Assembly: GCA_965223795.1 (NCBI GenBank)
Contig: CBDCXL010000002.1
Location: 3,008,001-3,072,000 of the forward strand
Reading direction: 5' to 3'
Source: Nitrospinales bacterium
GTDB lineage: Bacteria; Nitrospinota; Nitrospinia; Nitrospinales; VA-1
DNA: 64,000 nt
In this document: piece by piece, positions 50,720-60,434 of the stretch
Layout: every line of letters starts with the position of its first letter
How positions within the stretch are numbered: the stretch's first letter is position 1
Translations under genes and position numbers: made by a program
Notes under the pieces: model-generated
The model's database searches: none
The model's input: the letters and a program-made list of their open reading frames with translations, nothing else
What the model was told of the DNA's origin: nothing

Positions 50720-51958
50720 TTAAACCGTTAGACTGTTGGAAAACATTTCTTCAAAACTGCTCAAATGCGGTTCGATCACCGCCGGCGCCTCGTGGCGTCC
50801 CTGCAGGGCTTCCTGGGTCTTGAGCCCGTTGCCGGTGACGCAGATGACGGTGGGCTCGTCGGGCTGGATGCGTCCCTGCTCGACCAGCTTGCGGGTGACC
50901 GCGAGGGTCACGCCGCCCGCGGTCTCGGTGAAGATGCCCTCGGTTTCCGCCAGCAGCTTCATGGCCTCGACGATCTCTTCGTCGGAGGCTTCCTCGCCGT
51001 AGCCGCCGCTCTCGTTGGCGGTCTTGACGCCGTAATAGCCGTCGGCCGGGTTGCCGATGGCGATGGACTTGGCGATGGTGTTGGGCTTGACCGGGGTGAT
51101 GACGTCCACGCCCTTCTTGATGGCGGTGACCACCGGCGAGCAGCCGTCGGCCTGGGCCGCGAAAACTTTGGTGTTCACTTTGCCGATGAGGCCGAGATCG
51201 GAAAACTCGTGCAGCGCTTTCCAGATTTTGGTGATGAGCGAGCTGCCTGCCACCGGTACGATGACGTTGGCCGGGGCTTTCCAGCCCAGCTGCTCGGCGA
51301 TCTCGTAGCCGTAGGATTTGGAGCCGTCGCCGTAATAGGGGCGGATGTTGATGTTCACGAACGCCCAGTTGTGGTTCGCGCCGATTTCGCTGCACAGCCG
51401 GTTGACGTCGTCGTAGCTGCCGCGGATGGCGATGAGCTGGCTGCCGTACACCAGGGTGCCGAGGATCTTGCCCGCTTCGAGATCGTCCGGGATGAAGATC
51501 ACGCTCTTGAGGCCGGCTTCGGCGGCGTGCGCGGCGACGGAGTTCGCGAGATTGCCGGTGGAGGCGCAGGAGACGGTGTCGAAACCGAACTCGATGGCCT
51601 TGGAAACGGCGACGGAGACCACCCGGTCCTTGAAGGAGAACGTGGGGTGGTTGACCGAGTCGTTCTTGACGTACAGTTCCTTGAGGCCCAGGAATTTGCC
51701 GAGGTTCTTCGCGCGCACCAGCGGGGTGAAGCCGGTGTGCAGGCCCACTTTGGGCTCTTCGTCGATGGGCAGAAACTCCTTGTACCGCCACATGGACGGC
51801 GGCCCGGCCTGGATCGACGCTTTGCTGACCTTTTTCCCGATCGCTGCGTAATCGTAATCGACTTCCAGCGGGCCGAAGCAATACTCACAGACGTGGATGG
51901 GCTCTTTGGGGTATTCCTTTTTACACTCCTTGCAGCGCAATCCTTTCACATGTCCCAT
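50720..51958 (-). CDS. thrC: Threonine synthase-like PLP enzyme with N-terminal Zn ribbon
   Basis: CKEC..CEYC, NHPTFSFKDR, CASTGNLA, IAIGNPADG, TGNGLK. Actual substrate uncertain given the sulfur-carrier context. Confidence 0.75.
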   Translation of the reverse strand: MGHVKGLRCKECKKEYPKEPIHVCEYCFGPLEVDYDYAAIGKKVSKASIQAGPPSMWRYKEFLPIDEEPKVGLHTGFTPLVRAKNLGKFLGLKELYVKNDSVNHPTFSFKDRVVSVAVSKAIEFGFDTVSCASTGNLANSVAAHAAEAGLKSVIFIPDDLEAGKILGTLVYGSQLIAIRGSYDDVNRLCSEIGANHNWAFVNINIRPYYGDGSKSYGYEIAEQLGWKAPANVIVPVAGSSLITKIWKALHEFSDLGLIGKVNTKVFAAQADGCSPVVTAIKKGVDVITPVKPNTIAKSIAIGNPADGYYGVKTANESGGYGEEASDEEIVEAMKLLAETEGIFTETAGGVTLAVTRKLVEQGRIQPDEPTVICVTGNGLKTQEALQGRHEAPAVIEPHLSSFEEMFSNSLTV

Positions 51959-52110
51959 CAGAACTTCCTCTTCGTATTTGTATGGTTGTTTTAGCCGGGC
52001 GGGATCTCTTCACATGTCCCATCAGAACTTCCTCTTCGTATTTGTAAACTCAAGCCCGGCGATGGTTGTTTTAGCCGGGCGGGATCTCTTCGCGTGTCCC
52101 ATCAGAACTC
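51945..52110. repeat. Triplicated RBS/start cassette upstream of the thrC-like gene
   Basis: tgtcccatcagaact occurs three times (minus-strand ATGs at 51958, 52022, 52102); atggttgttttagccgggcgggatctcttc occurs twice. Confidence 0.92.
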
Positions 52111-52153
52111 CTTACTCTCTTATCTGAAATCTTTATGCCCGTCGTCCGGGGCT

Positions 52154-53110
52154 TCAATTGAAATATTTGTAAAAACTGAAATAGCGTTCGCCGGTGTCGG
52201 GGAAGATCACCGCGACGTTTTTACCGGGCCCCAGTTCTTTCGCCATCTCGTAGGCCGCGCAGTACGCCGCGCCGCAGGAGATGCCGACCAAAAGCCCTTC
52301 TTCCTTGGCCAGCCGCTGGGCGAACAGGAACGCGTCCTCATCGGAGACCGGACGGATACGGTCGACGATGTCCATGTTCAGCACCTTGGGCTTGAATCCG
52401 GCGCCGATGCCCTGGATCTTGTGCGGCCCCGGCGGGTTGCCGGAAAGCACCGCCGAGGTGGCGGGCTCGACGCCCACGATCTTGATGTCGCTGAAATTCT
52501 GTTTCAGCACCTCGCCGGCTCCCGTCAGGGTGCCGCCGGTGCCGATGCCCGCCACGAACGCGTGCAGCGGGTCGCCGTTCATGGAAGCGACGATCTCGGG
52601 CCCGGTGGTCTGCCGGTGCACTTCCGGGTTGGCGGGATTGTTGAACTGCTGCGGCATAAAGTAGTCGGGGTTTTCCGCCAGCAGCTCCTCCGCCCGCTCG
52701 ATGGTGCCTTCCATGCCGAACTCGGCGCGGCTCAGCTCGGTCTGCGCACCGTAGCTTTCCAGGATCATCCTGCGCTCGGCGCTCATGTTCTCGGACATGA
52801 CCAGGATGACGTTGTATCCCTTGACCGCCCCCACCAGCGCCAGGCCGATTCCGGTGTTGCCGCTGGTCGGTTCGATGATCGTCGATCCCGGCTTCAGCAG
52901 GCCCTTGTTTTCCGCGTCTTCCACCATGGCGAGCGCGATCCGGTCCTTGACGCTGCCGCCCGGATTGCAGAACTCCATTTTCGCGTAAATGTTTGCGCCG
53001 TTGGGTGGAATGACCTTGTTGAGTTTAACCAAAGGCGTTCCTCCGATCAACTCTAAACTATTCTCAAATCTGGTTTTAACTTTTTCCACCGTCTGGGGTC
53101 TGGAGGGCAT
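52154..53110 (-). CDS. cysK: Cysteine synthase A (O-acetylserine sulfhydrylase)
   Basis: NPGGSVKDRIA, EPTSGNTGIGLA, QQFNNPANP, PGPHKIQGIGAGF, PDTGERY. Confidence 0.95.
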   Translation of the reverse strand: MPSRPQTVEKVKTRFENSLELIGGTPLVKLNKVIPPNGANIYAKMEFCNPGGSVKDRIALAMVEDAENKGLLKPGSTIIEPTSGNTGIGLALVGAVKGYNVILVMSENMSAERRMILESYGAQTELSRAEFGMEGTIERAEELLAENPDYFMPQQFNNPANPEVHRQTTGPEIVASMNGDPLHAFVAGIGTGGTLTGAGEVLKQNFSDIKIVGVEPATSAVLSGNPPGPHKIQGIGAGFKPKVLNMDIVDRIRPVSDEDAFLFAQRLAKEEGLLVGISCGAAYCAAYEMAKELGPGKNVAVIFPDTGERYFSFYKYFN

Positions 53111-53143
53111 GGCGTTCGTTTCCGCGCTGGATCGAAAGGATCA

Positions 53144-53172
53144 ATTTTAAGGGATCTTGAAAGCCCCGTCAA
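53144..53172 (-). promoter_or_regulatory. Putative sigma70 promoter of the cysK operon
   Basis: Minus strand TTGACG, 17 nt, TAAAAT; an IR gccccg/cggggc overlaps the -35. Confidence 0.65.
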
Positions 53173-53406
53173 CCGGGGCGAAAAACCTCATCGGGGTAAA
53201 AAAGGGTATTGATTACAATGCGTTCCGGAGGGATGCCTCCACAGGGCCGAAGAACGGGCGGTTTGATCCGCGCCACACCGCGGTCTGTCCTGAAAGGGTT
53301 GATTTTAATGCCGTATTTCCGGGACAGTATGCGGTAGATTCCGGCCGAATTCAACTGGAATTCAGCCCTTCGGACCGGCGATCCCGGTGCGGAAAGACGC
53401 TGTCTG

Positions 53407-55938
53407 TCAACTTTGCGGGGTGAGCTGTTTCAGGTTGCCGAGCCGGCGGCGGAACTGCTGGGTCACGAACTCGGAATCCTCGGCGTTGGAGATGATGTGC
53501 GGAGTGATGAAGATCATCAGCTCGGTCTTGCTGGTCGAATCGGTGTCGGTGCTGAACAGCTTGCCGAGCAGCGGGATCTTGCGCAGCACGGGAATGCCTT
53601 CGTTGGAATCGATGACATCGGTGCGCATCAGGCCGCCCATCACCAGCACCTGGTTGTCCTTGAGCACGACCTCGGTGTTGAGCAGGCGGGTGCTGAACGA
53701 AGGGGTCGAGCCGACGAAGGGGCCCTGACTGGAAATCTCCTGGCTGATCTTGAGATTGACGAAGTTGTCGGAATTGATCTTGGGCACGATGTCGAGCTTG
53801 ATGCCGACGCTGCGATACTCGATGGTCGTCTGGGTCAGCGGCTGCCCGGCGGTGGGCGTGGTGATGGTGGAGCTTTCGATGGGGATCTCGTCGGCGATGG
53901 AGATGTTCGCCGCCTTGTTGTCGGAGGTCACCAGGATGGGATTGGCGAGCACGTTGGCCTTGGAGTCGGTGGCGAACGCCTGCAGCAGGGCGATCAGCTT
54001 GTTGGGATCGCTGGCGAGCAGGCTGCCGCCGGGCTGCAGCAAAGACGCGGTGGCGTTGCCGATCTGCGAGCCGAGCGTGGCGCCGCTGCCCGGCGTCTTG
54101 CTGACGCCGCCGATGAAGGTGGTGCCGCCGGTCGAGCCTTTCAGCGCCCATTCCAGCCCGGCGCGGGTTTCCGCATCCAGGGTGAGGTCGATGATGAGCA
54201 CTTCGATCAGCACCTGCTGCGGGAACAGGTCGAGTTTTTTGATCAGCTCGAGCAGGGCGGGGTAGTTTCTCGGGCTGGTGCGGATGATGAGCGAATTGGT
54301 GTCCTGGTCCGGCAGGATGGTGATCTCGCCGTCGAAGGCGTCCGCCAGCGGTTCGGCCGCGCTCAGCAGCGGCGGCCGGGATTCTTTGGGGTCGGGCTTG
54401 GACGGTTTTTTCTGGGTCGGCTTTTTCTTGTCATTGTACTTGGCGGACGTTTTTTTCACCTCGCCCAGCGGTCTGGGTTTGCCCGGTTCGCTGTTGCGCG
54501 ACTGGAACATGGCGGTGAGCAGGTCGGCGAGCTGGATGGCGTCGGCGTTCTGCACGTAATAGACGAAGGTGCTGATCTCACCTTCGGACACGGGCTGGTC
54601 GAGCTTTTTGATCCAGAACTCGATGGTCGGCAGGATCTTTTCGAAGGCGTTGACCACGAGGATGGAGTTCAGCCGTTCCAGCGCCAGGAAGTTGAGGGCG
54701 CTGCCCAGCGCGTCGTTGTAGCCCATCGAGGCGAAGATCTCCAGCAGCTCATCCACCACGACCAGCGAATCGGCGTGGTTGAGCCGGAACAGCTGGATGT
54801 CCGAGGACGCCAGCTTGTCGATGTCGAGCGCCTCGACGATCTTTAAGATGCGCTTGACGTTGGCGGCCATCTCGATGAGCATCAGGTTCTTGGTTTCCGG
54901 CACGTCGAGGAAGGTGGCGTTGGGGGACATCAACGGCTGCAGGATTTTTTTCATCGACTCCACGGAGATGTACTGCAGCGGGATGATCTGGATGATCATG
55001 CGGTCGCGGTCGGGGATGAAGGGATCGTTGCCGTAGTGGATGCTCATGGGTTTCTGCGACGCGTCCGCGGCGGGCAGAAAGCGGTAGAAGTTGCCGCTCT
55101 TGACCACGGTGATGTTGTGCAGGGCGAGGATCTGTTCGAGCAGCACGTACAGGTCGCGCACGGGAATCTTGTTGAAGGTCTGCAGCGTCACCTTGCCCTT
55201 GATGTTGCCTTCGATGAGGTAGTCGATCTTGAGCAGTTCGCAGAACGTGGTGATGACGTCGTACACCTCGGTGCCTTCAAAGTTCAGTGTGATGTGCTTG
55301 GCCTTTCTGAGACCGGAAGGCAGGGAAGGGGTGGGGTCGAACACCGAGCGGATGTGGGAACGGTTTTCGCGCGCGTGGATGACTTCTTTTTCGACTTCGT
55401 AGGGGCTTTTTCCCAAAGCCGGATCGAACGGCCCGGAACCGTCGGTGATGGTGGAGACCAGCTCGGAGACGAAGAACCGCTTGCCCTCGTCGTTGTTCAC
55501 CAGATACCAGGCGCGGCGGTCTTTGGGGTTGCGCTGGACGCTGAGCAGCTTGAACCGGTCGCCGCGGGCGGCGAGGTGCACTTTTTTGTACTGTGGACCG
55601 GGGCCCTGGCGCAGCGGGACGTTGTTGCCGGAAATTTTCACGTAGCGCGAGGGCGCCGGTGATTCGGGAAGGCGGTTGATCTTGTTTTTGTCGATCACCT
55701 TGAACGGAACCGCTTCCACTTTTGCCGGGACGATGTTGGCATCGCCCTGCGCGCGGATTTCGATGGTGGGACTGGCGGCGGCGTTTTGTTTGCTTCCGCT
55801 CTCCCGGTCGGGCAGCTTCATGGCGTCGATGGGGTTCACATGCGCCTGCAGCTTTTTCACGGCGGAGGGTTCCTGCGTCGCGCACGAGGAAAGGAACCAC
55901 AGGCAAACGAACCCGATCAGCATGTGTGGTGTTTTCAT
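53407..55938 (-). CDS. gspD: Type II secretion secretin GspD (lipoprotein with SH3b-like domain)
   Basis: Lipobox LSSC; TLNFEGTEV N0 domain; QVLIEVLI; GIPVLRKIPLLGKLF, TELMIFITPHII. Confidence 0.93.
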   Translation of the reverse strand: MKTPHMLIGFVCLWFLSSCATQEPSAVKKLQAHVNPIDAMKLPDRESGSKQNAAASPTIEIRAQGDANIVPAKVEAVPFKVIDKNKINRLPESPAPSRYVKISGNNVPLRQGPGPQYKKVHLAARGDRFKLLSVQRNPKDRRAWYLVNNDEGKRFFVSELVSTITDGSGPFDPALGKSPYEVEKEVIHARENRSHIRSVFDPTPSLPSGLRKAKHITLNFEGTEVYDVITTFCELLKIDYLIEGNIKGKVTLQTFNKIPVRDLYVLLEQILALHNITVVKSGNFYRFLPAADASQKPMSIHYGNDPFIPDRDRMIIQIIPLQYISVESMKKILQPLMSPNATFLDVPETKNLMLIEMAANVKRILKIVEALDIDKLASSDIQLFRLNHADSLVVVDELLEIFASMGYNDALGSALNFLALERLNSILVVNAFEKILPTIEFWIKKLDQPVSEGEISTFVYYVQNADAIQLADLLTAMFQSRNSEPGKPRPLGEVKKTSAKYNDKKKPTQKKPSKPDPKESRPPLLSAAEPLADAFDGEITILPDQDTNSLIIRTSPRNYPALLELIKKLDLFPQQVLIEVLIIDLTLDAETRAGLEWALKGSTGGTTFIGGVSKTPGSGATLGSQIGNATASLLQPGGSLLASDPNKLIALLQAFATDSKANVLANPILVTSDNKAANISIADEIPIESSTITTPTAGQPLTQTTIEYRSVGIKLDIVPKINSDNFVNLKISQEISSQGPFVGSTPSFSTRLLNTEVVLKDNQVLVMGGLMRTDVIDSNEGIPVLRKIPLLGKLFSTDTDSTSKTELMIFITPHIISNAEDSEFVTQQFRRRLGNLKQLTPQS

Positions 55939-56504
55939 GTCTTTTGCGTTCCTCGCGGCTGCATGATGAATCCCTGAACCCGCAGCTGGGTTTCCAGGGT
56001 TTCCGGTTCGGTTTTGTTGGTCCTTCTCGTGAGCAGGTTTGCCACCACCAGAAGTTTTTCGTGATTTTCGATCTGGTACAGGAAGCGGGAAAGTTTTTTG
56101 AGCGAGGAGCGCAGCGTCAATTCGATAGGGATGGCGGTCATCGTGTCCATCGGTTCCGGCGGCTGCACCCGCACCCGCTCAACCGCCACTCCCGCCTGGC
56201 GGGCGAACTGCTCCAGGATTTTCTGCAGTTTCGCGGTGGCCAGCCCCGGCTTGTCCTCGCTGAGAAACCGTCTGCCGATCTGCGCGCGCGTGGTTTCGAC
56301 GGCTCTGGCTTTCGCCTCGTAATAGGATTTGCGGCTCAGCACCTGCTGGTATTTCTGGATGAAGCGGATTTTATTTTCAATCTGCTGGCTGGCGCTCTTT
56401 TGCTGCGCGGTGAGGGGCTGGATGCCGAACGTGATGAGAAGGTACACGGCGAGGACCGCGCCTCCCGCCCAGAGGAATTTTTTATCCCGTTCGGTGACGT
56501 TCAT
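55935..56504 (-). CDS. gspM: Type II secretion protein GspM/PilO-like
   Basis: TERDKKFL plus TM, FLYQIEN; position between gspL and gspD. Confidence 0.75.
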   Translation of the reverse strand: MNVTERDKKFLWAGGAVLAVYLLITFGIQPLTAQQKSASQQIENKIRFIQKYQQVLSRKSYYEAKARAVETTRAQIGRRFLSEDKPGLATAKLQKILEQFARQAGVAVERVRVQPPEPMDTMTAIPIELTLRSSLKKLSRFLYQIENHEKLLVVANLLTRRTNKTEPETLETQLRVQGFIMQPRGTQKT

Positions 56505-57979
56505 GGCTTCACCTTGAGGCCGGTGCGCAGAGTGAATTTTTCCCCGTCCTTCTGATTGACGATGCTGCCCACGAATCCGGTTTCCCTGAACACGTGCGAG
56601 CGCTCCAGAAGCGGCACCAGCTTGGACGCGGTGGAAGAGTAACCTTTGATCTCCACTTCGTTCTTCGCGATTTTCAGGTGTGTCAGCCAGGTGTCCCTGG
56701 GAAGGCTGCGGCTCAACTCGACCAGCACCGGCAGCTTGGACGGGTACGCCGCCTGGACGGCGGCGAACGCGTCGGTGAACTGCTTTAAGGATTCGAATTC
56801 GAGATCGATTTTTTCCAGATCCTTTGTCTGGATTTTGATTTCATTCAATTGCCGGTTGAGCTTTTCGAGCGTGAGCTTGTTGTAGACGATCTTGTTGATG
56901 AACAGGCCCGCGAGGATCACCACGGCGGCCGCGGCGATGCCGAGGGTGGTTTTCATCGGGAACCCCTTGTTCGCCGGCGTCTGTGCCTCGGGCAGCAGGT
57001 TGACCTCGATTTTCCGGCGCTGGATTCCCCTGAGAGCCAGGCTGAGCGCGGTGGAGAGGTAGGCTTTGGGAAAGCGCTTGTCGCTGTCGGCCATGACGAT
57101 GCCGTCTTCGGCGGCGCGCACCGTTTCGGTCTCGGCCGCTTTTTGAAGCTGCCGTTCGAGAAACGGCGCCAGCGTGCCCGCATTGACGAGGTGCATGCGC
57201 TGAATCGAAGCGTCGTCGGGCACGTTGCGGCACAAAGACAGGGTCTCGGCCAGCTCATCGACGATGATTGCGGTCAGCCTGCCGGATAGCGCGAGGGTTT
57301 CCTTCTTGTCCAGCTTGCCCTGGAAAAAAACTCTTTCAAACTCGGGCAGGTTGAGCGGGACGTAGCGGGAGAGTTCCAGCGATCGGTCCTTGAGGATGGT
57401 GAGGTCGATGCCGCCGGGCGTCAGGTCGATCACCGCCTCGAGCCCTTGCTGAGAATCGGCCTGCGCCAGGGCGAGGCTGGCGTTGGCGAAGGGCGGCGCT
57501 TCCAGAACCGCCGGTTTCAGGTTGAGCCTGTGCAGCAGGCTCAGGTGGTATTCTGCGATTTCCTTTCGCACCGCGGCGGCGATGACGTGAAACTGTTTGC
57601 CGCCTTTGGCCGCGGTGTGCGTGCCGAAGTACAGATCCTCCAGTTGCGAGGAGAAATGCCGTTCCAGCTCAAAGGGGATCATGGGTTTGAGCGATTTGAG
57701 GTCCGGCGCGGGCAGCTCGAAATTCTGGAAAGTGAAGTGGACGCGCGGCAGGCTGACGGCGACGTTTTCCGGCCACAGGTTCCACTGCATCAGCGCCTGG
57801 TTCATGCGTTCGAGAAATTCCGATTCGTTTTTTTCATCGCCGGGAACCAGAGGCCGGGTGCGGAAGAAATGCGTGCCGATGATCTCCACGGAGCGCAGCT
57901 TTTTCCCGACGAGCGCAAGCCCGATGCAGTCCTCCCGGATGTCGATGCCCAGTGCGTGGTCCAGATAGATCGGTTTCAT
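56501..57979 (-). CDS. gspL: Type II secretion protein GspL (PilM/PilN-like)
   Basis: ALGIDI actin-like start, EVNLLP, TM, PilN-like LPRDTWLTHL..IKGYS. Confidence 0.75.
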   Translation of the reverse strand: MKPIYLDHALGIDIREDCIGLALVGKKLRSVEIIGTHFFRTRPLVPGDEKNESEFLERMNQALMQWNLWPENVAVSLPRVHFTFQNFELPAPDLKSLKPMIPFELERHFSSQLEDLYFGTHTAAKGGKQFHVIAAAVRKEIAEYHLSLLHRLNLKPAVLEAPPFANASLALAQADSQQGLEAVIDLTPGGIDLTILKDRSLELSRYVPLNLPEFERVFFQGKLDKKETLALSGRLTAIIVDELAETLSLCRNVPDDASIQRMHLVNAGTLAPFLERQLQKAAETETVRAAEDGIVMADSDKRFPKAYLSTALSLALRGIQRRKIEVNLLPEAQTPANKGFPMKTTLGIAAAAVVILAGLFINKIVYNKLTLEKLNRQLNEIKIQTKDLEKIDLEFESLKQFTDAFAAVQAAYPSKLPVLVELSRSLPRDTWLTHLKIAKNEVEIKGYSSTASKLVPLLERSHVFRETGFVGSIVNQKDGEKFTLRTGLKVKP

Positions 57980-58959
57980 GGCTCAAAAAAGTTGTCGTTC
58001 CAGTACTGCGTGAGCAGGGCGGGTTGTTTCCGCGTCCCGGTTTTCTGAATGACCGCGGCGATGCTGTGCCGGGTGCGGCCGATGAAACCGGTGGATTCGA
58101 TGCGGAAATGGCTCGACACGGTGTCGTTGTAATAGCCTTTTTCCTCGCGCAGCCTGAAGATCTCTTCGAGCTGCGATTCGTTGTATAAAATTTCAAGAAC
58201 CTCCCGGCTTGCGGTGTTGGGATTGACCGCGGGCACCGCGTAGGCGGTGAACAACGATTTGAGGCCGGGACGTTTGTCTTCATCGTCCTCACCGGTTCCA
58301 AAAAGAATTTCCTCCGTCATGCCGCGCACCTTGAGCAGTTCGTCCATCGATTCGATGGGCGCGTTCTTGCACCGGTAAGGCGGGTTGAGCCCCTGGTAGT
58401 GCTCGTCCTCGGCGCCGTTGATGCGGTGGTTGGAATCGGCGTCAATCCAGTCGAGGATGGAATCGGCGATGGTGTCGCGTTCCTCACCGATCTCCACGCC
58501 CGCCAGCGTCAGCGCCTTGATGAGCACCGCGCGCGGGGCGTTGTTGATGCCGATTTTGCTGTTCTCATCGGTGATCGCGTAGGAGAGGGTGCCGTTGCCG
58601 AGCGGCAGTCCGGTGCGCTGCACCGGCACGTACTCGAGTTCCTCCTCCTGTTTTTCTCCGCTGGTGAAACGGCCGGCCTGTGCGGCGGGATTTTCCGCGG
58701 GTTTCGGCAGGCCCGCGATGAAGCCGTGTTCCGGATGGCGGGAATGAAACCGCGCGGGCGTCAGCATTTCCGCCTGCGCGAGGGCGATTCCGGCGCGGGC
58801 CAGGTGGTAGGCCTCGATGTCCTCCTTGTGATTGCGCGTGGTGTTGACCTCGGTCTTCATGGAATAGGCGAACTCGGTCGCCAGCGCCATCAGGAGCACC
58901 AGCACCCAGAGGACCACCATCATGGCGAGGCCTTTTTGATTGCGCTCAGGTTTCGGCAT
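57976..58959 (-). CDS. gspK: Type II secretion minor pseudopilin GspK
   Basis: KG-LAMMVVLWV prepilin site, DENSKIGIN, ILDWIDAD, ELLKVRGM, VNPNTA. Confidence 0.9.
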   Translation of the reverse strand: MPKPERNQKGLAMMVVLWVLVLLMALATEFAYSMKTEVNTTRNHKEDIEAYHLARAGIALAQAEMLTPARFHSRHPEHGFIAGLPKPAENPAAQAGRFTSGEKQEEELEYVPVQRTGLPLGNGTLSYAITDENSKIGINNAPRAVLIKALTLAGVEIGEERDTIADSILDWIDADSNHRINGAEDEHYQGLNPPYRCKNAPIESMDELLKVRGMTEEILFGTGEDDEDKRPGLKSLFTAYAVPAVNPNTASREVLEILYNESQLEEIFRLREEKGYYNDTVSSHFRIESTGFIGRTRHSIAAVIQKTGTRKQPALLTQYWNDNFFEP

Positions 58960-59785
58960 CTTCCTCCGATTGCGCCAGGGTGAACTGCATGCCCGTGTGC
59001 AGGGGCACGACGATCGGCGGCGCGTGGCGGAGTTCCGATTCCGCCTCCTGTTTCCAGCCGATCACGATCTCCACCCCTTTGGGCAGCGTGGTTGCCTGTT
59101 TCCGGTCCGCCGCTTGCCGCTTACCGTCTTTACCGGCGGGGTCCTGAATCTGCGGCGGCTGATACCGTATTCGGGACACCCAGGACCCTTTGGCCGGGGC
59201 GTCGTTGTGCGCGTTTTCGTTTTGAAACGGCGTTGCCCGTTCTTCTTCCAGTGCGTAATAGCGGAAGCGCAGGTCCTGCACGCCGCTTGCGAGCAGATAA
59301 TGACGGGCTTCTTTCGAACGCGCGGGGTCGGGTTCGAACACATCGCCTGCGCGGATGTCCCGTTCCATGAGGATGACGCCGCGCTCGCCGGTGCGCGGGT
59401 GCGCGCCGAGGTACACCTGAGTCTCGTGCGCCCAGGGCGGGGAGCCGCCCGCGGTGAGGGGGACGGCGAAGCTGATGAGCCGGATGGAATCCGGCTCGCC
59501 CTCAAAAGCCAGTATTTTCGTGTCTGCGCCCGGCTTTGTGTCTGAGGCGCGGCCCGGTGCGGTGCTGACGAACACGGGATAGGCGGATTTGATCTTCTGC
59601 GACAGCTGCTCGCCGATGATGCGGAAGCGTTGAAAGGTGTCGGCCTTTTTCACGCCCGCCTCGCGCGCCGACATGCCGAGACGCACACCGCCCAGCGCAA
59701 TGCCGACGATGAACCCCACGATGCCGAGAGACAGGATCAGCTCCAGCAGGGTGAAACCATGTGTGTTTTGGATGCGTGCCGTCAT
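58946..59785 (-). CDS. gspJ: Type II secretion minor pseudopilin GspJ
   Basis: HG-FTLLELIL N-methyl motif after ATG 59785; operon position. Confidence 0.8.
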   Translation of the reverse strand: MTARIQNTHGFTLLELILSLGIVGFIVGIALGGVRLGMSAREAGVKKADTFQRFRIIGEQLSQKIKSAYPVFVSTAPGRASDTKPGADTKILAFEGEPDSIRLISFAVPLTAGGSPPWAHETQVYLGAHPRTGERGVILMERDIRAGDVFEPDPARSKEARHYLLASGVQDLRFRYYALEEERATPFQNENAHNDAPAKGSWVSRIRYQPPQIQDPAGKDGKRQAADRKQATTLPKGVEIVIGWKQEAESELRHAPPIVVPLHTGMQFTLAQSEEDAET

Positions 59786-59789
59786 GCGT

Positions 59790-60434
59790 TCAATTCCCGG
59801 AGATATGCTGCTTGGGCGCGCCGCAGCCGAACGACGCGCCGGAGACGTGCTGTCTTCCCTCGCAGGGATCCGCACCGGAACCCGGCGGAGCGAACGAGGG
59901 GGCTTCCGGCTTGTCGCCGGGTTCTTCCTCGGGCGGCGTGTCCGCGGGCGGCGCGGCGCCGCCGCTGAACACGGCGAGCAGGGTCGCGTCGCTGCCGGGG
60001 CGTTTCGTTCCATCCATCTTCAGTGTGGCGAGCTGCACGGACCGGTTTTTTTTCCCTTCCTGCCAATGGACGTTCATCCGCACTTCCGAAAGCCGGATGT
60101 TCGCCTGCGGATCGTTCAACGGCGTGTCGTGGGGGCGGACCGTCATATCCCAACGGAAACGGGATTCCTTTTCGAAGACGCCCGATGTGGTTTCGGTTTT
60201 GAAATCGAGCAGCTCCATCTCGCTGAGTTTCGAGTTGGCCAGCGTCACCGCCTGGAGATACTGGTCGGACATCCCCACCGAGCGGATGCTGCTGGAGAAC
60301 AGGTTGAGCACCGCCGTGAAGCCCGCCGCCATGATGGCGAGCGCGACGATGACCTCGAGCAGGGAAAAGCCGTGTTCACCGCTCGCCCTTGCGGATGCGC
60401 GGGCTGCCCGTAACGGGGTCGATGTCGATTTCAT
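59790..60434 (-). CDS. gspI: Type II secretion minor pseudopilin GspI
   Basis: HG-FSLLEVIVALAI motif; start uncertain, overlaps the gspH end. Confidence 0.8.
   Translation of the reverse strand: MKSTSTPLRAARASARASGEHGFSLLEVIVALAIMAAGFTAVLNLFSSSIRSVGMSDQYLQAVTLANSKLSEMELLDFKTETTSGVFEKESRFRWDMTVRPHDTPLNDPQANIRLSEVRMNVHWQEGKKNRSVQLATLKMDGTKRPGSDATLLAVFSGGAAPPADTPPEEEPGDKPEAPSFAPPGSGADPCEGRQHVSGASFGCGAPKQHISGN

Noticed and set aside
51945..52110. Repeats as a possible mini CRISPR array
   Set aside because: Repeats copy the gene's own RBS and start, the intervening sequences are themselves duplicated, periods are irregular (64 and 80 bp), and no cas genes are present.
53111..53406. SAM riboswitch or T-box upstream of cysK
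   Set aside because: No recognisable core motifs, and the best promoter lies only about 35 nt from the ATG, leaving no room.
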